From IMG/VR virus record IMGVR_UViG_3300037067_013742, positions 64,001 to 128,000 of that record: DNA of 64,000 nt; one strand, 5' to 3'. The notes under the pieces are model-generated. The model was not told the DNA's origin. It worked only from the letters and a program-made list of their open reading frames with translations, and did not search any database. The position numbers and the translations under genes were made by a program. Source of the stretch: a virus (taxonomy: Duplodnaviria; Caudoviricetes). Below are positions 44,674 through 53,929 of the stretch, in pieces. Every line of letters begins with the position of its first letter. Position 1 is the stretch's first letter.

Positions 44674-47600
44674 TGGGACCGGTATTTCCTGAATCGACAG
44701 CTATTACTTCTCCAGAAAGCCCTGGAGTTAATGCCGGTTGGGTTTGGGCGCCTAAAGTAGATCCAACTTCTGGTGAGTATGGCGTTTTTATTAATAATAG
44801 TAATCAGATAGATCTTCCTACTAGCGGAACTGTTATTAGTAGTATGAGAGTAGTTCTCTCTAATACCTTCGCTACCTTACCGGTATGCGGGCATGCTTAT
44901 GCTACTGCCCAATTTATGGGAAGAGGATCAACAGAAGTTTCTTTTCAGCTAAGTGGGGTTGGTAACTATCAGCTATCACGCCTTCAGGCAATGATGGAAG
45001 AGTGTGAAAAGAACGCTAGAGACTTCAGGAGGATTAAGGGTGCCGCACAAGTTGACTTCTCAAACAATCCCCTCCTAACTCTATGCGGAATAAAGGATGG
45101 CATCGTAGCTGGAGTCGACGCTAAAACTGAAGAGGGGTATACCGATTTATATCGCATGACTCTTTCCTTCACATCAGAAGGACATCACGCCGAATCTTGG
45201 GAACAGGAGAACTTTACAGCTAGTTCATCTTTTATGCAGATTCTAGATGCCCTTATGTCGAACATAAGAGTTGTAGAGGAAACTTACGCACAATCACTTG
45301 CGCGACTAAATAACCCAACCTCATTACAGATTCTTGCCTGGCCAGCTTACGTTCCAATTAGAAGCATGGGTGGAAGATATGGTCAGCTTGTTACTTCTGC
45401 AGATGGGATCTTTGAAGTCATCTCAGCACAAGGACAGATAAACGTAAACAGAGCAAGAGATGCATTTGTAGATGAAGAAAGACTTCGTCCAAGTTTTGGT
45501 CATGGGACTACACCGCTTGGTACTTCGTTTAATGCTGGAGAAAGAGCTGTAATTGCAGCTCCTATTTTGACCGCGGCTAGAAGGGAAGATATTGGTACTG
45601 CTTGGTATGAGTCAAACCAAGGAAGTGGCTTGACTTGGATGTCCAATGTTTGCGAGGAATTTGTCGAGCTTCTTAATGACTTAATGCCAACACTTCCGCC
45701 AATCTCGTTCTTTAGAGGGCCCGATAAGGGAATATATCAGAGAGTCGTGGCATCTTCTTCCGAGCTAATGACTGGAACTCTTAGAGAGACACCTCCATTA
45801 TTTGCACGACAAGATAGCTCGCTCGTACAAGCAATGAGAGGGTTAAGGACCCAATGGTCAACACCAGATGCTATCAAGCAAGCTCTTCTTCGGGCTCAGG
45901 GTCTTCTGATGAGCTTTGCCCAAGAGACATTCTGGAACTATGTTGGAGAGCCTAGCTTTGAAGTCTATTTTCCGGGCGTAAGAGATAGGGTTATTGGTTC
46001 TCGTGAAAATTCACTTAATCCAGCTTATCCAGATCTTGATCTGCCAGCTCACCCAAAAACTCATAGCGTTTTGGACACTAACCCAGACTTTTATTTCTTT
46101 AACGATTCCGAAGAGGGAATGTTAAATGAAATAGGCCCAGAGCTCATCCGGGAAATGGATTATCGGCTTGAGCAATCTGAGCTTTCAATGCAGATGCTAG
46201 CAAGTGGTGGAACCTGGAGTGAAACCTATATGGGTCGGTCTAGGATTGGGCCAGATGATCCAGCTGCATATACCGGCTCAATGAGTGATGAGGAACCAAC
46301 CTTTCCAATGGACGGTAGTCCATCTTCTCCACTAACTCTTGATTCTGCTGGTGATGAGGGAGGCGTTGGTCGATTACTTTCTGGTCGGACCGGTGGTTTT
46401 GAGGAGAGTTTAATAGATGCGTTGGTTGGTACTAGCCCAGTGGCTAGATCTTCTAGAAAGAACACGGAGTTACGAGCAAACCGCCGTAGGATGCTAGAAC
46501 AGACAACCCTAGCTATACCAGAGGGTTCTGCAACTTCGCCTCTTGGTCTTGGAGCTGTTGATACAACTGTTTCTCCTGGTGATAGGTCACAGTCTTTTAC
46601 TCGTAACTTTGTAAGGGAGACTCTCCAACAAGGGCTTGTTCAAAGTCCAGAGACCTCTCTTACAATGAGGAGAGCCTTCCCAACATTTAAGATTTACTTC
46701 CTTGAGGACGATATTGGCGATCAGGCAAGAGACCATCTCATGGAGGCAACTCCCAATGGGGCCCTTTCTGGCCTTAGAACTGTTATGGCTTTTGATGACT
46801 TTTATAACTATAACTCCGTTAAGGAAATTCGGCTTGTCAGGAGCCGTAAGAATCCTGCTGACTTATTAGTCCTTACTCTAACTAACGTAGCTGGTCTTCT
46901 TGAAAGAAGGATCTGGGGTCCTAATAATGATTTCCCGACAGAGGCTTATGCTGCTGGGCTTGAGGAGACAGAGCTTGAAAACCCACTAAAGAAGCTGATT
47001 CTGAAAGAGGGGCTGAAGGTTCAAGCTCGCTTGGGATATGTCAATCATCCACATGGGATGAATATCAAGTTTGTGGGCGAAGTTGTTGAGGTTTCTTTTA
47101 ACGCAGAATGTTCAGATGAGGTAACAATCATCTGTCAAAGTTATGGTGCAGAATTAGTATTAGAGCCAAAGGGTATTGCTAGTGATGGAAGGGTAACTTT
47201 TAACGATACTCCTGACATCGTTCACACGATGATGTGCTCTCCTGAACTAGCACATTTTGGGCGGTATTCTTTAAATCCTCAGTACAATCCGGCAGAGGCT
47301 AGAGGAGAGGCCACTTCATTAAACGTGGGTCGTGGTAGTGCTGGGCTTGGGATTATATCTAACCCTCACAACGTATCTGCTTGGATGAGAGACCATCTCC
47401 TCTATCTCAGGAGTCGATATATAATTTCTAATAACCCAGCCGACGATAATATCTATGCGCCGAATGTTAAGCAGCTGTCCGGTCTATGGGAACAGTTCTG
47501 GGCGAATACCGGAGATTGGTTTCAAGCCTACTCTGACTTTCAGAGAGGTCTTAACGATGCCATTATGAGCGTCCCAGTTATCAACTGGATCCATACAATA

Positions 47601-48848
47601 AATGGTGGTCGGTTGATAATGGGTTGGACATCTCGTTTTACAGGTTGGGTTGGCCGGCTTCTTAGTGGTTTAGATTTTACACCTTCAGGGCAGACGGTTT
47701 GGGAGATACTAAAGGAGTGTGAATTACGTCATCCTGGTTGGATCGCACAACCACGACCCTATGGGACGCGGATGACAATGTTCTTTGGTCTGCCAAACTT
47801 TAGGTATTGGGCAGATGAAATTACTTCCGAGGAGACTGTATTACTACAACAACTACGCAATGCGATGAGTGGTTCTGAGGCTCGACCACCTGGTCTGGAC
47901 AATCCTTGGTTGTTAGGAGCCGGTAGAGCAGTTTGGTATGCCTACAGAACACATAAGGACGTCCAAACAAACAGATGGCTTGGAAGTGCCGGTGAGTACG
48001 TTGGGCGTGTAATGGGACGTATTCGTCCCTTCCGTAGGTATCATCTAATAGATTCTGATCATCATATTATTCTTAATAATATTAGAGCCTCTGACAAAGG
48101 AACTTTTAACGCTGTTAACGTCGTCTATAACGGCTCAGAAGTCTATACCTTAAAAGCAGATGATAGTATTCCTGATGAGCGCACTACGATGGAGACCTTT
48201 GACCAGTACGCCAACAGTATTGATAGCGAGCTTATGGCTCGACGTTATGCTATTGGGCTTTTGAACCGACATCTTAAGGACGTCTATAAGGGTGAGCTGG
48301 TTGTAACTGGTATGGACGTAGATCCGTGGGATACCGTTTACCTACATGACTCAAGAGCTGGTCTCTATGGCTGTTTTGATATCGAGCAGGTAGTGGATAC
48401 TATCTCGCCACAAACTGGTTGGATAACTGAAATTACTCCAGACCTAATCACGGGGACAAACGAGTGGTCGACAATGTCTACTCGTAATGCTCGGGAAGCT
48501 GTCTTCGGAGCCCTAATGAATAGGTATGCAGGTAGTACGCTTACAGGGATAGCTATTAGTGGTGTTATTCCTGGAGGTCCACTTCTTGCCTGGGCTGGTG
48601 GCTATTACTTAGTAAGATGGACTCAAGACCGTCAGCCAATCTGGGTCTGTCCTCTCATCTTGGGAGAGCGTCCGTTCTTTGCTGGTCTTGATGGCTTTAG
48701 GCAGGACGGTATCTTTGCTTCTCTTCGTGGTAGGTTGATAGCTGAGGTTGATAATGTTACTCATGGCTGGAGAGCCTTCCACCTCTCTAGTATTTTTGGA
48801 GATACTCTAACAACTATGGGTCAGGCAGCTGCTGGGCAGTTGTCATAA
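44673..48848 (+). CDS. Baseplate hub protein (gp27/gpD-like, 1391 aa)
   Basis: ADLLVLTLTN, GLKVQARLGY, FVGEVVEV, VTIICQSYG, YKGELVVTG..VDPWDTVYL hub-like strand series; position before spike and wedge genes. Confidence 0.7.
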   Translation: MGPVFPESTAITSPESPGVNAGWVWAPKVDPTSGEYGVFINNSNQIDLPTSGTVISSMRVVLSNTFATLPVCGHAYATAQFMGRGSTEVSFQLSGVGNYQLSRLQAMMEECEKNARDFRRIKGAAQVDFSNNPLLTLCGIKDGIVAGVDAKTEEGYTDLYRMTLSFTSEGHHAESWEQENFTASSSFMQILDALMSNIRVVEETYAQSLARLNNPTSLQILAWPAYVPIRSMGGRYGQLVTSADGIFEVISAQGQINVNRARDAFVDEERLRPSFGHGTTPLGTSFNAGERAVIAAPILTAARREDIGTAWYESNQGSGLTWMSNVCEEFVELLNDLMPTLPPISFFRGPDKGIYQRVVASSSELMTGTLRETPPLFARQDSSLVQAMRGLRTQWSTPDAIKQALLRAQGLLMSFAQETFWNYVGEPSFEVYFPGVRDRVIGSRENSLNPAYPDLDLPAHPKTHSVLDTNPDFYFFNDSEEGMLNEIGPELIREMDYRLEQSELSMQMLASGGTWSETYMGRSRIGPDDPAAYTGSMSDEEPTFPMDGSPSSPLTLDSAGDEGGVGRLLSGRTGGFEESLIDALVGTSPVARSSRKNTELRANRRRMLEQTTLAIPEGSATSPLGLGAVDTTVSPGDRSQSFTRNFVRETLQQGLVQSPETSLTMRRAFPTFKIYFLEDDIGDQARDHLMEATPNGALSGLRTVMAFDDFYNYNSVKEIRLVRSRKNPADLLVLTLTNVAGLLERRIWGPNNDFPTEAYAAGLEETELENPLKKLILKEGLKVQARLGYVNHPHGMNIKFVGEVVEVSFNAECSDEVTIICQSYGAELVLEPKGIASDGRVTFNDTPDIVHTMMCSPELAHFGRYSLNPQYNPAEARGEATSLNVGRGSAGLGIISNPHNVSAWMRDHLLYLRSRYIISNNPADDNIYAPNVKQLSGLWEQFWANTGDWFQAYSDFQRGLNDAIMSVPVINWIHTINGGRLIMGWTSRFTGWVGRLLSGLDFTPSGQTVWEILKECELRHPGWIAQPRPYGTRMTMFFGLPNFRYWADEITSEETVLLQQLRNAMSGSEARPPGLDNPWLLGAGRAVWYAYRTHKDVQTNRWLGSAGEYVGRVMGRIRPFRRYHLIDSDHHIILNNIRASDKGTFNAVNVVYNGSEVYTLKADDSIPDERTTMETFDQYANSIDSELMARRYAIGLLNRHLKDVYKGELVVTGMDVDPWDTVYLHDSRAGLYGCFDIEQVVDTISPQTGWITEITPDLITGTNEWSTMSTRNAREAVFGALMNRYAGSTLTGIAISGVIPGGPLLAWAGGYYLVRWTQDRQPIWVCPLILGERPFFAGLDGFRQDGIFASLRGRLIAEVDNVTHGWRAFHLSSIFGDTLTTMGQAAAGQLS

Positions 48849-48863
48849 AGAGGGAATGTTTAG

Positions 48864-49253
48864 ATGAGTCGTGTTGGAAAGGGTTCTAGGCCAACGAAAG
48901 GATACTCACAGCAACCATTTGTAAATGTAGAGTTTGGCTTTATTTTGAGTATCGTAGAAGATCAAGATGAAACTTATTACATTGCTATCGTTGCAAAAGA
49001 AATGAATTCTCTTCAAGCAGATAGCCAACTTGCGATTATGCCAATTGGTCATACGATAGAAGAGTTGTCTTCTCTTTTTGGTGAACCAAGTGATCTGATT
49101 GGTCGTCGAGTTCGGATTGAATATAGGGGTGGTAACTGGAGAACCGGAATGTGTCGTCTAGCTGCCCCTGTTGTTCAGGGTTCGGTTGGGACGGCAATGG
49201 AGGTTCCTAGTCGTGGTTTTAGGTATGCCGTGGCTGGTGGAGGAAGCGTCTAA
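48864..49253 (+). CDS. Putative baseplate spike-associated OB-fold protein
   Basis: Position after the hub; FGFILSI...LIGRRVRIEY resembles the gpV N-terminal OB fold. Confidence 0.45.
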   Translation: MSRVGKGSRPTKGYSQQPFVNVEFGFILSIVEDQDETYYIAIVAKEMNSLQADSQLAIMPIGHTIEELSSLFGEPSDLIGRRVRIEYRGGNWRTGMCRLAAPVVQGSVGTAMEVPSRGFRYAVAGGGSV

Positions 49254-49573
49254 TGGCAAGACGAGTAATCAAAGCTTATCCAGATGCGGATGCTGGTCTT
49301 GAGGTTGGGCGCAATGCGGTTCGTCTTAGTGGCGGGCGAGAATCTCTAATCTATATAGAATCTAATGGCGTTTATATAGTTGGGCCAATCTCTATTTTAT
49401 CTCAGCCTGAGAATATTCGTATTGGCGCTAGTTGGACTCTTCCCCCAGCTTATAAGGCAGCTCTTCCCTCTACTGCTGTTAACCCTCAGCCAATTCTTGA
49501 GGCAAACTCTCCAGTTGAAGGTTTTTCTTCTCTCGCAGAAGAAGTAGCAAACCTTCTTGGGGAATTGTTATAG
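49253..49573 (+). CDS. Putative baseplate spike-associated beta protein
   Basis: Short beta-repeat-like AGLEVGRNAVRLSG..LIYIESNGVYIVG; TAATG coupling. Confidence 0.45.
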   Translation: MARRVIKAYPDADAGLEVGRNAVRLSGGRESLIYIESNGVYIVGPISILSQPENIRIGASWTLPPAYKAALPSTAVNPQPILEANSPVEGFSSLAEEVANLLGELL

Positions 49574-49591
49574 CCCTGTTATAGTAGTTGC
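49557..49591 (+). promoter_or_regulatory. Promoter TTGGGG-17-(TGt)TATAGT, predicted leaderless
   Basis: Extended -10 at 49577-49585, ATG 6 nt later, no SD. Confidence 0.7.
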
Positions 49592-50011
49592 ATGTCTACA
49601 GACCTTTACTGGTCTCTTGATGAAGATTATGTTGTCGGAGAAGATGGGGATCTTCGCGATACCAGCTTTGATTCCTTTCGTGGCATATATCAAGAGATGA
49701 GAACTCGGGGGATGGCCAGCTTTTATGATTGGCGAGAACATCCCAATCTTGGTTCTAATATGGATGAGCTTATTGGTCAGCCTAATAATAGGGTCACCGC
49801 AGAAGACGGGAAGGCTAGGCTCATTTCGGCTTTGACGCTTGGCGGGTTTCTTTCTAAGGCTTCTATTGGTATAAGGTATCTACCTATTACCAAGGATCGT
49901 CTTATGTACTTTATCGAAGTTAAAGCTGTTGATATTAATACTGGTAAAACAAGAATGTTGAAGACTCAGATTTTGTGGGATACCCTTGAGGGCAAGGCAA
50001 CGGTGATCTAA
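49592..50011 (+). CDS. Baseplate wedge/sheath-initiator protein (gp25/gpW-like)
   Basis: DGDLR..DWREHPNLGSNMDELIG pattern; precedes Baseplate J. Confidence 0.8.
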   Translation: MSTDLYWSLDEDYVVGEDGDLRDTSFDSFRGIYQEMRTRGMASFYDWREHPNLGSNMDELIGQPNNRVTAEDGKARLISALTLGGFLSKASIGIRYLPITKDRLMYFIEVKAVDINTGKTRMLKTQILWDTLEGKATVI

Positions 50012-51291
50012 TGCCAGAGTTCGTCGGCACTTTTGGTGAAATCCTAGAACGTGAGTTAAGGGGTGTTGTTCAAACTACCCCAGTACGTCTTACTGTTGCC
50101 GGAAGTAAAGCTAGAGCTATTCTAGAGGCCTCTGCTAGGGAGACTAGTAACCTTGGCGAGCTAATGGACCTCAACATTCAGAGGGCTTTCCTTCCCACAA
50201 GTACTGGTAGATTTCTAGAGTACTTTGGTGCGATGGTTGGGATTGTTAAGTACCCACAGAGAAATGCTGAGGTGACATCTGAAGATAGGGCCTTAAAACT
50301 TTATACGAGGTTCGGGACAAACTTTGGGACTATCAATGGCGGAAGTGGTTTTACCGTTTCGTCTGGAACAATCCTAACAGCCCCCTCCGTTACTACATTC
50401 GAAGATACTCGTGGTCTTGACGATACAACAGCTCCAGATACGGCTGCCGATAGAAGCATCCATTACATAACTACGGCAAACGTTTATTGTGCGGCAGATC
50501 AGACAGAGGCGTTCCTTCCTGCTAAAGCGGCAACTGGTGGGCTATCTGGAAACCTTGCCGCCCCGGGAATGATTCGTTCTCACTCATTTACTTCTTATGC
50601 CGACAATGCTGGCAAGAGTCTTTTAGTTACTAATACTAAGCCAGTTCTAAATGGTTCTGATATTGAGTCTGAATCTTCCTTTAGGTACAGAATATCTAAA
50701 CAGATTACCGCAGTTGAGCGTGCGAACCAAACAGCAATCTCTCTGGCTGCGCTTAGTGTTCCGGGCGTAGCAGATATAGTTATCATTCCATTTGAGGATG
50801 GGGCGGGCCGATTCAATCTCTATGTAAAGTCCATTAGCTCTACAGTTTCGGATAGACTTCTTCTTGCCGTACAAGAGTCTATTGATCGGGTAATAGCTAT
50901 AGGTAATATTGGTTATGCTCGAAGGCCCTATGAAGTTGGGATTGAGATAGATACTAACGTTGTTTATCATGGCGATCTAAAAGAGACTGACAAGGTAGAG
51001 ATTCGGGCGGCTCTGAAGGCTAATACAATTAACTATATAAACTCACTTGATCTTGGTCAGCCTTTAATCCTTCGCGAACTATCTTCGAACCTTCGGCAGG
51101 TAGATAGTCGAGTTACCGCGGTTGGGTCTAATCGAACTACTTTGTTTGATGCCGTCTTCGGATTCTGGCCGGCTAGAATGACAGAGAGCGGGAAGAGGAG
51201 AGAGAAGCTTATTAGTGAGTCAATTGTAGTTCCGGCCCATGCCAGGATTATTGTAGAGCCATCGCTCTCTGACCCAATTAGGTTTATCTAA
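50011..51291 (+). CDS. Baseplate J-like wedge protein
   Basis: GSKARAILEA, TSTGRFLE, GGLSGN, NGSDIESESSFRYR, ALSVPGV. Confidence 0.92.
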   Translation: MPEFVGTFGEILERELRGVVQTTPVRLTVAGSKARAILEASARETSNLGELMDLNIQRAFLPTSTGRFLEYFGAMVGIVKYPQRNAEVTSEDRALKLYTRFGTNFGTINGGSGFTVSSGTILTAPSVTTFEDTRGLDDTTAPDTAADRSIHYITTANVYCAADQTEAFLPAKAATGGLSGNLAAPGMIRSHSFTSYADNAGKSLLVTNTKPVLNGSDIESESSFRYRISKQITAVERANQTAISLAALSVPGVADIVIIPFEDGAGRFNLYVKSISSTVSDRLLLAVQESIDRVIAIGNIGYARRPYEVGIEIDTNVVYHGDLKETDKVEIRAALKANTINYINSLDLGQPLILRELSSNLRQVDSRVTAVGSNRTTLFDAVFGFWPARMTESGKRREKLISESIVVPAHARIIVEPSLSDPIRFI

Positions 51292-52928
51292 TGTTACGAG
51301 ATCTAGAAGATAAGCGTTCATGGCTTACCCAGAGAATGGCCAATGCCTATCCTCCTGGGTCTCGTGTTAGAAGATTAACTCAATCTACTGGACAGCAGAT
51401 TCTTGAGCCTATTGCTCGGGAGCTAGAAGATCTCTATTGGTGGGAAAACTATAATCTTGGTAATTATCTTCTGACTACTTCTGATCCTCATCAGGTAGAA
51501 AATACTTATAGGCTTTCTCTTCCACCTACCTTTGAGTGGAGAGAAAGGTCTGATAGTGATGGAGTTGTATATCTTCAGCCAACTTCCGTTAGAGGTAAGG
51601 CTTCGGGAGTTTGGATGGACCTTACACAAGCTAATGATAATAGCGTTGAGGAATTTTGGTATGGAGTCCCAGACAGGACTTCAGTAGCAGAGGGTCCTCT
51701 TACTTATACTTCTGTTGTCCCGCCGACAGATGTTGGTTCTTTATCCAGCGTTGTACCTGCGACACCAGGAATTCCAAGCCGTTTATGGGTAACTCTTTAT
51801 AACATTGGGGTTTCTGTAAAGCTTTATAAGGGAGTAGCCCAAAGAGCGGCAGTCGAGATTACTGGATATGATGCATACGACAACGAGGTAACTGAAAGAA
51901 TTGTCTTCCCGTTTGACTGTACAATTCTTACAAGAACTAGGTGGGCCGATATTACTAGCGTTATGACTGAGTATATAGATGATACGGCCTACTTTCAGAT
52001 TGAATGGCTCTCTATTGGTGAGCTTAGTCCAATGGACCAAACTGGTGTTCATATTCAGCGAGACGGAGAAAAGATTAGGTTCTATAGTTTAGGTAATGAG
52101 ACCTTTGGCTCGACTTTAAAGCATGAAGTTTTTACGGCTGTAGACCTTCTTACTGTTGAAGAGGGGAATACAGAGAAGCAGCCTGTTTATGAGATTGAGC
52201 TTCTAAATACAAGCGGCTCTAATATTTTCGGGACCGGGATGTCGTTGTGGCCAAAAAGAAGATGGGTAATTGTAACTGATGGTAGTTACTTACATTTCTA
52301 CTTGCCACACCCAAGGTTGGAAGATCGTTCTCCTGTGATAGATAGAACTTCCGAGGTAGTTTTACAGATCCATACGGATAACGAGTTTTATCTTAAGGGA
52401 GATGTAGTTTCTCTAGACTATAACCTACGTCGTCCAATGTTCCGAGTTCTAAAGACGAGGTGGAGTGTTCTTAAGCCCGATGGTACTAGAGTTGGGCTAT
52501 CTGAGGCCGGGGCAGAGATTACTTACGATTCTAATGGTTGGGTGGAGAACCGTCCTGGTTGGAGATTTATGAAGACTGGTCTCCAGAAAGAGCCAATTGA
52601 ATATACCTTTGCCGATAATGGTAGATATGTTTTCTACCTTGAGTCTCTAATAGCAGATGACATAAGTAGTACTAAACGTTATGCAGAGCAAGTTGATGCT
52701 TTAGTAATAAGTGTTGCCTATACAACCGCATCTGCTTCAGTCCCCCTTCCTATCGCTGTGGGAACACCAGACCTGATTTGTTTTGATGCCTATGGTCGTC
52801 CGTGGGTAATGGGGAGCGCTGGGGAAATCCATCGACTCAATTTCCATTACGACAAGTATGTCGCCGACTTCCAGAATAAGGCGATTTATACTAGAGAGCC
52901 TTATACGGAGATAGAGGTTGAGGCATGA
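51291..52928 (+). CDS. Putative baseplate wedge protein (545 aa)
   Basis: Coupled to gpJ (TAATG); helical N-terminus then beta-rich sequence. Confidence 0.55.
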   Translation: MLRDLEDKRSWLTQRMANAYPPGSRVRRLTQSTGQQILEPIARELEDLYWWENYNLGNYLLTTSDPHQVENTYRLSLPPTFEWRERSDSDGVVYLQPTSVRGKASGVWMDLTQANDNSVEEFWYGVPDRTSVAEGPLTYTSVVPPTDVGSLSSVVPATPGIPSRLWVTLYNIGVSVKLYKGVAQRAAVEITGYDAYDNEVTERIVFPFDCTILTRTRWADITSVMTEYIDDTAYFQIEWLSIGELSPMDQTGVHIQRDGEKIRFYSLGNETFGSTLKHEVFTAVDLLTVEEGNTEKQPVYEIELLNTSGSNIFGTGMSLWPKRRWVIVTDGSYLHFYLPHPRLEDRSPVIDRTSEVVLQIHTDNEFYLKGDVVSLDYNLRRPMFRVLKTRWSVLKPDGTRVGLSEAGAEITYDSNGWVENRPGWRFMKTGLQKEPIEYTFADNGRYVFYLESLIADDISSTKRYAEQVDALVISVAYTTASASVPLPIAVGTPDLICFDAYGRPWVMGSAGEIHRLNFHYDKYVADFQNKAIYTREPYTEIEVEA

Positions 52929-53926
52929 GCAGCACTTTTCTCAGCTTCTTTTTCGAAGTAGAAGATGGTGGTACGTATACTGGCGTCCCTATTATCCAAC
53001 GTTCAAGGAATGATCTTGACTCTCATGGCTCTCTATTAGATCTAGTTAGACTACCATCAGAGGATGGGGTCTCTTACTATCAGAGACTTGTTTCTGTAAT
53101 CCCACAAAGAGCTAGTTCTACTGGGCCTGGCTTGGTTCACGGTATAACTAGAGAGCTTGGTCTTGAGGAGCTAACGGCTCTTATAATTAGTCCTACTATG
53201 TCTAATGGGAAGACAGTAGCTCCCGCTCCGTTCGTAGAAGTCACGGCAACAGAGGTTATCTTATATTCCAGTTATACAGATGCTAATAATTCTGCAAATG
53301 TAGTTGATCGTCAGATCGATATATTTAGTCACGGGGATGGCTATCTATTAGATGATCTTGTTATAGAGATTCAGCAATCTCCTTACTTTGTTGCTTCTCT
53401 TGGCGACTATGCAACTGGTCAGGAAAAGTCTAACGGGCTTCTTCCAACATCTAGTTGTGATGTAGTAGAGAAAGAATGGGTACCTTCTGGCACTTATTTC
53501 TTCCTTGCTAACCAAGACATCGTTCCGGGAACTCTAAGCTTTTCCGAGACGACGATCTTTGACAAGGAGCTTTCGGCAGGGATAGCTACGGGTGCGACAG
53601 GAGATAGTTTTACTCTTTCCTTTATTGTATCGACCCCAGTGACTGCGAGAGGCGAGTATTACGTGGACTATATTCGAGCCGTAGTAAGTTGTTACTCTGC
53701 CTCTTCTGGATATGGAACTTGTCGGTATAAATACCGAAAGTTTCCTTTAAGGATAAGATGGTCTCCAATAGTCGTATACTCGTTAAGGGATATAAACTAC
53801 AGAACTAAAGTATTCGAGACTGAGAGTATGCCGGATTTCTTAGATAAAGAAGGACTGGTATCTGAGGAAGGCAAAGCAGTATATGATCAGGTATTTGATA
53901 AGTCCCCTTGCTTATGGGGAAGGTAA
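52925..53926 (+). CDS. Putative baseplate wedge protein (gpI-like N-terminus)
   Basis: LDSHGSLLDLVRLPSEDGVSYYQRL resembles the lD.lg....l.R..gE.d..yR.R motif of gpI-type proteins. Confidence 0.6.
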   Translation: MSSTFLSFFFEVEDGGTYTGVPIIQRSRNDLDSHGSLLDLVRLPSEDGVSYYQRLVSVIPQRASSTGPGLVHGITRELGLEELTALIISPTMSNGKTVAPAPFVEVTATEVILYSSYTDANNSANVVDRQIDIFSHGDGYLLDDLVIEIQQSPYFVASLGDYATGQEKSNGLLPTSSCDVVEKEWVPSGTYFFLANQDIVPGTLSFSETTIFDKELSAGIATGATGDSFTLSFIVSTPVTARGEYYVDYIRAVVSCYSASSGYGTCRYKYRKFPLRIRWSPIVVYSLRDINYRTKVFETESMPDFLDKEGLVSEEGKAVYDQVFDKSPCLWGR

Positions 53927-53929
53927 CAA

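Noticed and set aside
22962-51291. Bacterial contractile injection system (eCIS, tailocin or T6SS)
   Set aside because: Terminase, portal, protease and capsid genes are in the same gene cluster, so this is a phage morphogenesis region.
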